From Chiloscyllium plagiosum (Eukaryota), in assembly GCF_004010195.1 (NCBI RefSeq), contig NC_057719.1, positions 3,893,902 through 3,957,901 on the forward strand: DNA of 64,000 nt, given 5' to 3'. Below the pieces are notes generated by a model. That model searched no databases, was not told the DNA's origin, and saw nothing but the letters and a program-made list of their open reading frames with translations. This document shows, in pieces, positions 1 to 12,384 of this stretch. Each line of letters starts with the position of its first letter. The first letter of the stretch is position 1. Position numbers and translations under genes: made by a program.

Positions 1-340
1 GTTCTAAACTTCCAGCTCAGCACTGTCCCCATGACTTGTCCGGACTTGTCCTACCTGCCTATCTCCTTTTCCACCTATCCACTCCACCCTCTCCTCCCTG
101 ACCTATCACCTTCATCCCCTCCCCCACTCACCCATTGTACTCTATGCTACTTTCTCCCCACCCCGACCCTCCTCTAGCTTATCTCTCCACGCTCCAGGCT
201 CACTGCCTTTATTCCTGATGAAGGGCTTTTGCCCGAAACGTCGATTTCGAAGCTCTTTGGATGCTGCCTGAACTGCTGTGCTCTTCCAGCACCACTAATC
301 CAGAATCTGGTTTCCAGCATCTGCAGTCATTGTTTTTACT
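1..340 (+). mobile_element. Penelope-like element 3' end / pseudo-LTR, abutting (probably inserted into) the L1 element
   Basis: C-rich tract and terminal sequence nearly identical to 48170-48444, which follows a GIY-YIG ORF. Contains a hammerhead motif. Confidence 0.8.
215..242 (+). ncRNA. Minimal type I hammerhead ribozyme motif
   Basis: CUGAUGA-A-GGGC(UUUU)GCCC-GAAAC-GUC. Confidence 0.75.
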
Positions 341-3300
341 ACGTTGACAGACCTTCTATTGCCAAATTACAAAGGATTACGGCCCTTAGGACAGCTCTGA
401 ATACCATGCTCACCCAAACGGCAAAGAGGGAAATATTATTTGCAAAACAAAGATTATATGAATTTGGCGATAAACCTGGTAGATACTTAGCATTTCTCGC
501 AAGGAAATAAAGGGCCCCTCAAGCTATCATGGCTATCAGGGAAAGTGCTGGTAATCTGACTCACGATCATAAAAGGATCAACACAATCTTCAGAAAGTTT
601 TATTTTGATTTATTTAAATCACAGGATTGTGAAGATAGAGCCTGGAGGATGCAGTCCTTTTTTAAAAGCCTGGCCTTTCTGGACTTAACCCCAGAACAGG
701 TATCGGTCCTGAATGCTCCCTTAACAACCCAGGAAATACTTGACACAATCAGGCAGTTTCAGAACGGTAAGGCACCTGGCCCAGGTGGATTTCAGGTTGA
801 ATTTTACAAAGAGTTCACAGAAGTATTGGCTGGCCCACTTATGGACATGTATAACTAATATAGTCAGGGCTGTCTCCTGCCTTAGCTGAAAGAGGCGAAT
901 ATCTCCCTTATTCTCAAAAAAGGAAAGGATCCAGAAGATTGTGCATCATACAGAGCAATATCCTTGCTAAATGTAGATTTTAAAATTCTCTTTAAAACAT
1001 TAGCATTGAGGCTAGAGAGGGTACTGCCATATATCACAAAAGAGGACCAGACGGGGTTTATCAAGGGCCCTAGATCATCTAATAATATTACAAGGGTCTT
1101 GAATGTGGTTCAAGTCTGTCATCAGGAAACAATATCGGGAATTGTAGTCTCATTGGACGCGGAGAAGGCATTCGACAGGGTTGAATGGTCATACCTGTTC
1201 TATACATTGGAAAGGTTTGGCATTGGAAAAGTATTTGTCAAATGGATAATGATCCCAAAGCAGTTGTGATCACCAATGGATTAGGCTCGGATAGCTTCAG
1301 TGTGGGTAGGGGCTGCCGTCAGGGATGTCCTCTCTCACCGTTGCTATTCTCGCTAATAATTGAGCCACTACATGGGCTGACTCTAATATAATGGCTCTGA
1401 GGGTTGGTACAGGTAAACATAAAATTACTCTTTATGCAGATGATGTTCTCCTTTTTCTTAGTAATCCTCTGATGTCCGTGCCTCACTTAATCTAAGTTAT
1501 TAATACATTTAGTGCATTTTCAGACTATAAAATTAATTTTTCAAAATCGGAGGCTATGCCAATGGGTGGCCTTGCTAGTATGTCCCACTTATTGGATGGA
1601 TCCCACTTCCCCTTTTAGTGGGCTCTGGAGGGTTTCTTATACTTAGGCATTTTTATCACCCCAGTATTTGATCAGTTATACAAGGCCAATTTTGTGCATC
1701 TATTGGAAAGGATAAGGCAGGACCTTCAACGTTGGGGTGACCTTCCAATTTCCTGGCTAGGTAGAATAGCCCGAATTAAAATGAATGTCTTGCCCCGTCT
1801 CCTATACCCTATGAGAATGCTCCCGGTGATGTTGCCGAGGCCGGCACTGCACAAATTGTATGGTTGGCTGGGTTCTTTCATCTGGAATCATAGGCAGCCC
1901 CTCATTAAGTTAAGGAAGCTACAACTTCCACAGGCAAGGGGAGGACTGGATTTTCCAGACTTTAGGAAGTATCAGTTAAGTTCCCTATTAAGCTACATAA
2001 CCGATTGGGTCTCGTCTGGCCCGCAATCAATCTGGCTGGACATTGAGGCTTCTCAAGTAAAGTGCCCTCTTATTAACCTCTTATTTTTAGATAAGATGAA
2101 AGTCATTACTGACCACTGTAAAAACTCTAAAGTACTAAACAGAATTAAAGCTTGGAATATAATGCGGCAAAATGAGGGTAATTCATATAAAACATCCCCC
2201 TAAACTCCTATAGTGGGGGCATGGGGTTTTCAACCAGGGCTTACAGATGCCACATTCAAATCCTGGAGATCCAGGGATATCTCCTCTTTAGGGGATCTGT
2301 TTGAGGAGGAGGTCCTGATGTCTTTTGAAGAGCTGCATCAGAAATTTGGATTACCAAATGGAGACCTCTTTCGATACTTCCAAATTCAAGACTACATACT
2401 GAAGAAGACTACGCTATTAGATAGTCTCTATAAATCAGATAGAGAACGTAGAATGTTGTGGCCAATGGGTGTAACCTCGGTCAGCACTCTTTATCATTTA
2501 TTACATGATGAAGTGTCGGAAGATATGGACCGTCTGCTTAGAACATGGGCTGGATTTGTGGCTGGAAATTTCAGATGTGGAATGACATCTGGGAAAATGC
2601 CCAAAAAATCTCCACTGTAATCGAACCCAGGCCATTCAGTTAAAGATACCTCATAGGGCCTATATGATACCGGAACGATTGGCAAAATTTAGGGCAGGAG
2701 TATCTCCAATGTGTCCCAAATGTAAAACAGAGGTAGGCACTCTTGCACATTGCTTATGGACATGTCATAAGACCCGCAAATATGGACCAAAGTAGTAAAC
2801 GCCCTGACAGAAATCTTGGGAACAGAAATTACAGTAGATCCAGTATCTCCTCTTCTGGGCTTCTCGAGCTTACCTTCTCTGGATGTGCACGGGAGGAAAT
2901 TATTTTCCCTTCTCTCCTTCTGTGCAAGGAGAAATATCTTAGTAAACTGGATGGCTGAAGGTCCTCCAGGACTTCCGAATTGGTACAGATTAATCATGGA
3001 ATGTATTCCCCTTGACTTCCTTACAAATATGGTGCACCAAAAAACTGAATTATTCTATAAAATATGGCAGCCCTTTTTGAATTACATAGATACAGATATT
3101 TCGGCCATTCGAACAAGGGCTTTCATCTAGTTGAGGTAACAGGACCCCTTGAGGGAGGAATCCCGCATGAATACGGGTTTTATTACAATTTGATGTTAAC
3201 TCATTCCGAGCATGTATTTCACTACTTAATTACTATGTTATCCTTCTTTTTTCTCTTGTATAATGTAAGATATTTGATCATACACTCTGGTTAGTTATAG

Positions 3301-3482
3301 GTTAGATTAGTAGTTAGTTGAGTTTTGTCTTTTCCTTCTCTGTATCTCTTCTTTTTGTTTGACAGGTTTTGGCTATTATTTATTTAAGATTTAATTGTAT
3401 ATTAGTGTTTGTACTTGTGTTTTTTTTATTTGTAAACTTGTAAAAACATGTTACATTTTCAATAAAAATATCTATTAAAAAA
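341..3482 (+). mobile_element. L1-clade LINE, decayed ORF2 and 3' UTR
   Basis: [40 protein letters not shown] (~1431-1448), GRIARIKMNVLPR, C-terminal CPKC..HCLWTC knuckle. Stop at 3130, AATAAA at 3461, short A tail. Multiple stops and frameshifts. Confidence 0.9.
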
Positions 3483-4229
3483 GGGTCCTAAGTAACAGCC
3501 CTAACTTTCTGTGTTCGGTTTAATGGGTACTTAGTGCATATTGAAAATATGCACTTAGTGTTTACTGAAAATCACAGGGAGTTTGATTTTGAGCAGTCAT
3601 TTCACAAGGCTAACAGAGTTGCAAAATATACGAAAATTTAAACTAATCTAGAACCCACAGGGTATTTGTCCCTTGCAACAACTTTCATAGTTATTTGCTG
3701 ACGTAATAGTGAGTGCATTAAACTCGTTATTATTGAACCAAATTCTGGTGCAATGTGTCTACAATGCTATTGACACGTTGCCCTTTGATACAAATGTGTG
3801 ACTTTATTGCTCCCTGCGTGTGGATTTTTTAGATGTGTTACATGCCTTTGTGATTGATAAATGGAACTTCTTGTGTCTCTGTCACTGTAAGTTGGAGGGT
3901 TAGGTCCATAAGTCAGCAATTGGTGATTGTATACATTTATTACAGAGGAAATATTTATAAAATAGTGAATGTGACTGGGTATGGATGGACTGCACTGATT
4001 GTTTGCATCTCTATCGTCACTCTATGGTGTATTTGTATGATAATAACTGTATTTGTTGCTTATATTGCTGGCTGCTTGTATGACTATTTTTGTTTTGAAA
4101 GATTTGTGACTCACTCTGCGATTTATGTGTATCTTTGTGTGTATTAGTTACAGTTGAGACCATATTGCGTATAATGGATCACGAGATTTTGGCATACTGC
4201 TGCATGCTTGTGGTACAAGGAGTGGACAT

Positions 4230-4990
4230 TTGGATTGGATGCCAATCAAAAGAACTGCTTTGTTATGAACTGTGTGGATCCTCTTAAATGTAGTTGGAGC
4301 TGCACTCATCCAGGCAAGTGGGAAGTATTCCATCGCACTCATGACTTGAGCCTTGTAGTTTAATGGAGTCAAGAGATAAGTTCCTTGCCTGTGACCAGCT
4401 CTTGTAACCATGCCACAAGACTAGTCCATTTAAATTTTGGGTCAATGAAGACTCCCAAGAGGTGGATGGTAGGGAATTCAACATTAACCCACCCCTCCCT
4501 ATCACTGCACCTCATCCCCCAATTCCATCAATTGCCATTGAATACTTAGACTAATAATTTTTTCTCATAGTAATTTATGCAATGGACATGTTGGCAGAAC
4601 TGATATTTATTTCCTATTCTTAACTGCCTTTGAGAAAGTATGATCAGCCACCTTCTTGAACTGCTATGGCCCATGTGGTAGACATACATCCACCGTGCTG
4701 TAAAGGAAGGAGTTCCAGATTTGCGGCTGAACTACACTGAAGGAAGGATGATTTAAGTCCAAGTCAGATAGTGGATTTAAGGGGAGCATGCAGTCAATGA
4801 TTGTTCAATACACCTTTTGCTTTCTTGAAGGTGCTATCAAAGAAGCCTCGGTGATCTGCTGCAGTAATCTTGTAGGTGGTAGCCACCATTGCTGCTGTGT
4901 GTTGATGGTAGAGGAAGTGAAAATTCAAGGTGATGGATATGGCACTAATCAAACGGGTTGCTTTGTCCTGGATGGGTTACATTCTTGATT
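4230..4990 (-). mobile_element. 3' fragments of the second APE-type LINE family
   Basis: VMSAMEYFPLAWMSAAPTT-type C-terminal ORF remnant. Similar sequence recurs at 45350-46020 and 49750-50740. Confidence 0.6.
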
Positions 4991-5004
4991 ATTCTCGAGT
5001 GTCC

Positions 5005-7205
5005 TGGAAAATCATAGCTCCTTTGGTTTAACTTGCCTGCACCTACCAGACCTCCCAATCTGACTGAATTCCATTTGCCAAAATTGTCCCTTAACCATTC
5101 CTATTCATATACCTACCCAACTACATTTTAAATATTGTAATTGTACCACCCTCCACCACCTCCTCTGGCAGCTCATTCCACACAGGCACCACCCTCTGCA
5201 TGAAAATGATGTCCCTCAGGTCCTTTTAAAATCTTTCCTCTCACCTTAAACCTATACCCTTTAATTTTGGACTCCCCCAACCTAGGAAAAAGACTTTGGC
5301 TAATCACTCTACTCATGCCCCTCATGATTGTAAAACCTCTATAAGGTCACCCGTCAGCCTCCAACACTCCAGGGAAAACAGCCCCAGCCTATTCAGCCTC
5401 TCACTATAGCTCACACCCTCCAGTCCTGGCAACATCCTTGTAAATCTTTTCTGCAACCTCTCAAGTTTAACAATATGCTTCGTATAAAAGAACGAATACA
5501 AAGAACAAAGAACAAAGAAAATTTACAGCCCAGGAACAGGCCCTTCGGCCCTCCAAGCCTGAGCCGATCCAAATCCACTGTCTAAACCTGTCGGTCAATT
5601 CCTAAGCATCTGTATCCCTCTGCTCCCCACCTCCTCATGCATCTGTCCAGACGCATCTTAAATGAATGTACCATGCCTGCCTCTACCACCTCTGCTGGCA
5701 ACACGTTCCAAACACCCATCACCCTCTGTGTGAAGTACTTACCACGTGTATCCCCCTTAAACTTTCCACCTCTCACTTTGAAAGCATGACTTCTCATTAT
5801 TGAATCCTTCACGCTGGGAAAAAGCTTGTCTCTATCCACCATGTCTATACCCTTCATGATTTTGTAAACCTCAATCAGGTCCCCCCTCAATCTCCTTTTT
5901 TCTAGTGAAAATAAACCTAACCTACTCAACCTCCCTTCATAGCTAGCACCTTCCATACCAGGCAACAGTCTCATAAACCATCTCTACACCCTCTCCACAG
6001 CGTCCACATCCTTTTGGTAATGTGGCGCCCAGAACTGTACACAGTATTCTAAATGCAGCCAAACCAATGTCTTGTACAATTTTAATATGACTTGCCAGCT
6101 CTTATACTCAATACTCCATCCAATGAAGGCAAGCATACTATATGCCTTCTTGACCACTCTATCCACCTGTGCAGCAATCTTCAGGGTACAATGGACTTGC
6201 ACTCCCAGATCTATCTGCCCATCAACTTTTACCAAGGCTCTTCCATTCATTGTATAATTCGTTCTAGAATTAGACTTGTCTAAACACATCACCTCACATT
6301 TGCCTGGATTTCCGCCCAACTCTCCAGTCTATGCATACCCTCCTGTATTCTCTGACAGTCCCTTATGCTTTCTGCTACTCCACCAATTTTTGTGTCATCT
6401 GCAAACTTGCTGATCATACCAACAGTGCCCTCTTCCAGATCATTTATGTATATCACAAATAACAGTGACCCCGACACTGACCCTTGTAGAACACCACTGG
6501 TCACCTTTCTCCATTTCGAGAAACTCCCTTCAACTACTATTCTCTGTCTCCTGTTGCTCAACCAGTTCTTTATCCACCTAGCGAGAACACCCTGCACACC
6601 ATGTGACTTCAATTTCTCCATTAGGCTCCAACGGGGAACCTTATCAAACACCTTACTACAGTCCATGTATATGACAACAACAGCCCTTCCTTCATCTAAC
6701 AACTTGGTCACTTCCTTGAAGAACTCTATCAAGTTGGTAAGGCAAGATCTCCCCTGCACAAAACCATGTTGCCCATCACCGATAACCTCATTTCTTTCCA
6801 AATATGAATAGATATCTCTCAGTACCCTCTCCAGTGACTTCCCAATTACCGACATCAGGCTCTCTGGTCTGTAGTTACCAGGAATATCCCTACCACCCTT
6901 CTTGTACAGGGGGACAACATGAGCAACCTCCCAGTCCTCCAGCACCTTACCTTTATTTAAGGATGCCACAAAGATATCTGTCAGGACCCCAGACTGTGCA
7001 CAGTATTCTAAAAGTGGCTTCACCAATGTCCTGTAAAGCCGCAACATGACATCCCAACTTCTGTCCTCAATGTTTTGACCAATGAAGGCAAGCGTGCCAA
7101 ATGCCTCCTTCACCACCCTGTCTAAATGCTACACCAGTTTCAAGGAACTGTGAACCTGCATCTGTAGGTCCCTTTATTCAGCAACATCCCCAGGCACTGT
7201 CATTA
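5005..7205 (-). mobile_element. CR1 (HER1-type) LINE with a younger CR1 nested at ~5495-6990
   Basis: ORF2 motifs GRSCLTNLIEFF, GVLQGSVSGSLLF, KFADDTK, HLEYCVQFW, LGLFSLEKRRLRGDLIEVYKIM. The nested copy ends in an (AAAGAAC)n tail. Confidence 0.9.
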
Positions 7206-7207
7206 AT

Positions 7208-8740
7208 AGACATAGAACATAGAACATAGAACAATACAGCACAGAACAGGCCCTTTGGCCCACAATGTTGTACCGAACATTTGTCCGAGCTTAAGCACCC
7301 ATCCATGTACCTATCCAATTGCCACTTAAAGTTCGCCAATGATTCTGACTCTGCCACTCCCACAGGCAGCGCATTCCATGCCCCCACCACTCTCTGGGTA
7401 AAGAACCTACCCCTGACATCTCCCCTATACCTTCCACCTTTCACCTTAAATTTATGTCCCCTTGTAACACTCTATTGTACCCGGGGAAAAAGTTTCTACT
7501 CTATCTATTCCCCTGATCATCTTATACACCTCTATCAAGTCACCCCTCATCCTTCGCCGTTCCAACGAGAAAAGGCCGAGAACTCTCAACCTATCCTCGT
7601 ACGACTTCCTCTCCATTCCAGGCAACATCCTGGTAAATCTTCTCTGCACCCTCTCCAAAGCATCCACTTCCTTTTGGTAATGTGGTGACCAGAACCATAC
7701 GCAGTATTCCAAATGTGGCCGAACCAAAGTCTTACACAACTATAACATGACCTGCCAACCCTTGTACTCAATACCCCGTCTGGTAATGGAGAGCATGCTG
7801 GATGCCGTCTTAACCACTCTAATGATCTGCGTTGCCACCTTCAGGTTGTATGATGTTATTACTATAACTAAGACTTGGTTGAGGGAAGGGCATGATTGGC
7901 AACTAAATATCCCAGGATTTAGATGCTTTAGGAGGGATGGAGAGGGAGGAAAAAGGGGTGGAGGAGTTGCATGCAGCCGACAACAGCCCTCTTCACTGTC
8001 CACAACTCCACCTATCTTCGTATCATCTGCAAATTTACTGACCCACCCTTCGACTCCCTCTTCCAAGTCATTAATAAAAATTACAAACAGCAGAGGACCC
8101 AGAACTGATCCCTGCGGAACTCCACTTGTAACTGGGCTCCAGGCTGAATATTTACCATCTACCACCACTCTCTGACTTCGACCAGTCACTGCAGCTTACC
8201 CCTGCTAGGCCGTCCCCCCCAACAGTATCCAAAGCGGTCTACTTATTGTTGAGGGGAATGACCACAGGGGATCCCTGCACTGCCTGCTTCCTCCCCTTCC
8301 CACCTCTAACTGTTACCCAGCTACCTCTGTTCTCTGGCGTAACAATGTCCCTGTAGCTTCTATCTATCACCCTCTCAGCCTCTCGAATAATCCTCAGTTC
8401 ATCCAACTCCAGTTCCAGTTCCCTAACTCGTTCTGTGAGGAGCAGGATCTGACTGCATTTCCTGCAGATGAAGTCGGCAGGAGTATTGGTGGTCACCCCT
8501 ACCTCGGATCATTCCACTGCCTGCGCTGCCATTACTCTACACTTCGTCTCCAAAACAAGAACACTGAGTAGCTTACCTGTAGACTTTAAAGTTAGTTTAG
8601 AGGAGGAGGATGGGAGGGAGGCCCTACTATGTAGGGCCTGGGGTCTAGAACACACCCACTCAAATATCAATCACTTACCTTCCCGACTAGCTCTGCACTC
8701 CAACTTCACTTCCGCCCAACTCGCGCCACTCTCTGCTGTG
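7208..8740 (-). mobile_element. Rearranged young CR1 LINE (3' end, inverted endonuclease piece, RT piece, ORF1 piece)
   Basis: (ATAGAAC)n tail. [20 protein letters not shown] on the - strand, [18 protein letters not shown] on the + strand (7845-7970), ORF1-like CRKC..LELELDELR at 8239-8496. Confidence 0.85.
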
Positions 8741-8742
8741 AA

Positions 8743-9930
8743 AAATTGTATAGGTTCTGCCCTGATTTGGCTTACCAAAATGCAAAACTTCACATTTATC
8801 TAAATTAAACTACATATGAACAAGGTTTCATTATACTCTGAGATAATCTTCTTCCCTATTCCCTACACCACTTATTTTGGCATCATCTGTAAACTTTCTA
8901 ACCATATTTCCTCTATTCACCTTCAAATCGTTTATTTAAATGATGACAAACAGTGGGCCCAGCACTGATCTTTGGGGCACACCGCTGGTCATACGCCTCC
9001 AGTCCATAAAGCAACGCTGTATCATTCTATCTTCGAACTGATTTTGTATCGAATTGGCTAACTCCCCATGGATCCCATGTGATCTAACCTTGCTAACCAA
9101 TCTACCATGTAGAACCTTGTTGAATGCTTGCTGAAGTCCATAAAGATGTCCAACCATCTGCCTTCATTGATCTTCTTTGTCACTTCTTCAAAAAACTCAA
9201 TCAAGTTAGTGAGACCCAACTTCCCATGCACAAAGCCCTGCTGTCTATCCTTAATAATTTCTTGTCTTTCCAAATGCATGTAAATCTTGTCCCTCAGAAT
9301 TCTCTCCAACAACTTGTCCACAATTGACATTAGGCTCACCCTGATTACAGTTCCCTGTTTTTTTTCCTTACCACCTTTCCTAAATGATGGCTCCACATTA
9401 GCCAATCTCCAGTCTTTCAGCACCTCACCCATGGCTGTTGATAATACAAATATCTCAGCAAGGAGCCCAGCAATCTCTTCCATAGCTTCCCACAAAGTTC
9501 TGGGAAATACCTGATCAGATCCAAGGGATTAATCTACCTTTACGCACCATCTCCTCTGTAATATGAACTCTTTTCAAGATATCACTATTTATTTCACTGG
9601 ATAATCTCCCGGGAATATCCTCTCTAAGTACAGCCGTAATGTTATCCCTAACCAAAAATGCCACCCCTCCTCCTCTCTTGCCTTCTATACCTGGAATATT
9701 AAGCTGTCAGTTCTGTCCATCCCTGAGCCAAGTTTCTGTAATACCTTTGATATCCCAGTCCTATGTTCCCAACCATGCGCTAAGTTCATCAGCCTTACCT
9801 GTCAGGCATCTTGCGTAGAAATAAATGCAGTTGATTTTATCAGTCAATTATTTAATTATTAGTTTAGTTTATCAGTCTTATCTCATTCCCTGCTGAGCTC
9901 TTGTCTGCCTTGACTGTCGATCAAATTCTT
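8743..9930 (-). mobile_element. Older CR1 LINE fragments
   Basis: DWRLANVEPSFRKG, GLTNLIEFFEEVTK, GVPQRSVLGPLF. Confidence 0.8.
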
Positions 9931-10382
9931 CTTGGAGATGGTCATTGTCTGGCACTTGTATGATGTGAATGTTACATATCACTTCTCAGTATGAATATTG
10001 TTCAGCTGTTGCTGCATTTGGACATGCACTGCTTCAGTATGTGAGAAGTCACAAATGGTGCTGAGTATTACACAATCATCAGTGAACACCATTACCTTAT
10101 GATTGTGGAAAGTGATTGCTGAAGATGGTTGGACCTCGGGCACTATGCTGAGAGATTTTGCAGCTATGTCTTGTGACTGATATGATTGGTCTTGGTTTGG
10201 ATCCTGCTAGGATCATTCAGCTCCTGACCTCATTAAACCCGCTGTTCAAACATGGGCAAAAAAACTGAATTCAAAAAGTTATTTGAGAATGACAGCACCA
10301 AAGTAGCATTGGACAGAATGTGACATTGAGGAGCCACCAAGCAATCACCATCTTTGAGTTGAATGTGATTCTAACATAGTGG

Positions 10383-10730
10383 GTAGGCAATGGTCTCATG
10401 GTATTATCACTGACTATTAATTCAATGACCCAGGTAATGGTCTGGGGATTCAAGTTTGAATCTGCCATAGTGGCATTTGAATTCCACAAAAATCTGGAAT
10501 TAAGAGCCTAACAATGACCATGAGGCCATTGCCAATTATTGGGGGGGGGGGACATTTGGTTTACCAATGTCCGTGAAGGAAGGAAACTGCTGTCCTTACC
10601 TAATCTGATCAACCTGTGACTCCAGATCCACAGCAATGTGGCTGATTCTTACCTGTTCTCTGGGCAATTAGGGATGGGCAATAAATGCTGGCCTAGCCTG
10701 TGATGCCACATCTTAGCTGAGAGTAAAAGA
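10383..10730 (+). mobile_element. tRNA-derived SINE, family B (other copies ~13520-13915+, 24958-25330+, 28205-28545-, 29752-30106-, 34660-35025, 51150-51425+)
   Basis: Recurring body (gactccagacccacagcaatgtggttgactctt) and tail (gggcaattagggatgggcaataaatgctggcctagcc). Best Pol III boxes: TGGCTTAGTGG 34668-34678 and GGTTCGAAACC 34731-34741. Confidence 0.8.
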
Positions 10731-10867
10731 AATAGACAATTATTTCACTGTTTTCAATATTACTCTTGTTCCTAAATGTCATATTCAGTCCAATACTACC
10801 TTGGTGCTGCCACTCTCACCTCACTTTTTGAATCCAGCATGTTGCCCCTGTGTGAACAAAGGAACTC

Positions 10868-11183
10868 ATTGATTTTAACTTTACTGCGAATCCTCTTGCA
10901 AGGATGCCTACCTTGAAGAAGTTCCCCTCCTCTCTCCACAAGAATCTCAGTGAGTCTCTCTCTCACCGCAACCTCCAGGTCATCTCCTCTGCCCTGAAGC
11001 TCTGACCTATCACCTCTATCCCCACCCAAATTCACCTATTGTACTCTTTGCTACCTTCTCCCCACCCCCATTTATCTCTCCACCCTGGAAGCTTCCTGCC
11101 TCTATTCCTGATTAAGGGCTTTCTCCTGCTCCTCGGATGCTGCCTGACCTGGTGTGCTTTTCCAGCACCACTCTGATCTAAAC
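10868..11183 (+). mobile_element. Internally deleted Penelope-like element
   Basis: 3' half matches the Penelope terminal sequence with a degenerate hammerhead (ctgattaagggc). 5' half is an ORF-start-like segment (MPTLKKFPSSL..). Confidence 0.65.
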
Positions 11184-11379
11184 AAAGGGTGTAATGGGGT
11201 CAGGAGGTGAATGGTCCTAGCGGAATCTAGACCGAGATTTGTAAATGTTCTTATGGCATTGTTATATTCTATTATTTTGGTGTTCGAGATTGTCTAGATT
11301 AGAAAACAAAATGCTGGAAAACAAGAACAGAATTAGCTGGAGAAACTCGGGCAGCATTGCAGAGAGAGTGAACGTTTTG

Positions 11380-11573
11380 GGCAAAAGTGAGGACTGCAGA
11401 TGCTGGAAACCAGAGTCTAGATTAGAGTGGTACTGGAAAAGCACAGCTGGTCAGGCAGCATCCGAGGAACAGGAAAATCAGTTCCTGATGAAGGGCTTTT
11501 GTCCGACACGTCGATTTTCCTGCTCCTTGGATGCTGCCTGACCTGCTGTGCTTTTCCAGCACCACTCTAATCC
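11380..11573. mobile_element. Inverted (hairpin) Penelope terminal fragment nested in an older Penelope-type repeat (~11300-11735)
   Basis: Head-to-head copies of the terminal repeat flanked by agtgaacg duplication. Mutated hammerhead at 11485-11512. Confidence 0.8.
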
Positions 11574-11999
11574 AGTGAACGGGTCCACTGACCCTTTTTC
11601 AGAAGCACAGATCGTCAAAGCAGAGGCACATCTATGACTCTATCTCTCTCCACAGATGCTACCAGACCAGCGGAGTTGTTCTAGTGCTTACTGTCTTTTC
11701 TCCCGACCTCCAGCGTCCTCAGTATTTTGCTTCCAGATTAGATTTGCAGACAGGACACAATTTGTATATTGTACGTTTGTGTGTGTTTAGGGTCAGTCCC
11801 ACTTGCCCAGTGTACAGTATGTTGTTTACATGGTTTGTGACTTAATTTGTGCTGTTGTCACTCTGTAATGCCTGTATGTGCTCAAGGGCTGTGCAGCATC
11901 TGCATGTTTGTGTGTGCTTGAGGGTGTGTCTGCTCGGGAGTATGCAATATTTGTGTGTTCGGTGACTGTAATGTCTGTGTGTGTGTTCCATTGAGATGC

Positions 12000-12302
12000 A
12001 GCACTTCTGTCTGGCTCTCCCGCGGAGTGGGTGTAGTCTCTAGTTTGAAGGTGTGCTCAGTTTATCTGTATTCTTGCTCCAGTAACCAGGTGGTGCTGCG
12101 CAGTGAAAGAGGGCGGTCAAAATCCCATCGTCACCAGGAAGTCGTTCGGATTTATCCCCTGAGTGAATCTGTGATCCCACCCTCTCCCCGCCCAGCGCTT
12201 CGCCCTCGTCTCTCGAGTGCTTCCTCTCTGTTCGGCTCCCCCTCAGGTTAAAGGGACGCTGTGAGAGTACAGACGGATCGGGCTCTCTCTCTCTCTCTCT
12301 CT
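12000..12302 (+). promoter_or_regulatory. Putative CLMN promoter / 5' UTR
   Basis: Local CpG enrichment in otherwise CpG-poor DNA. GC boxes GGGCGG (12111-12116) and CCGCCC (12188-12193), ETS-like CAGGAAGT (12135-12142). TSS cannot be determined from sequence. Confidence 0.6.
12283..12302 (+). repeat. (CT)10 microsatellite abutting the start codon
   Basis: ctctctctctctctctctct immediately followed by ATG at 12303. Confidence 0.95.
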
Positions 12303-12384
12303 ATGGCAGGACACGAATGGGACTGGTTTCAGCGAGAGGAGCTGATCGGTCACATCAGCGACATCCGAGTGCAGAACCTCCAGG
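12303..12384 (+). CDS. CLMN: Calmin (calponin-like transmembrane protein), coding exon 1
   Basis: Encodes MAGHEWDWFQREELIGHISDIRVQNLQ plus 1 nt, matching the vertebrate calmin N-terminus as I recall it. Donor CAGG|gtaaga at 12385 (phase 1). Lies in a CpG-enriched region. Confidence 0.95.
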
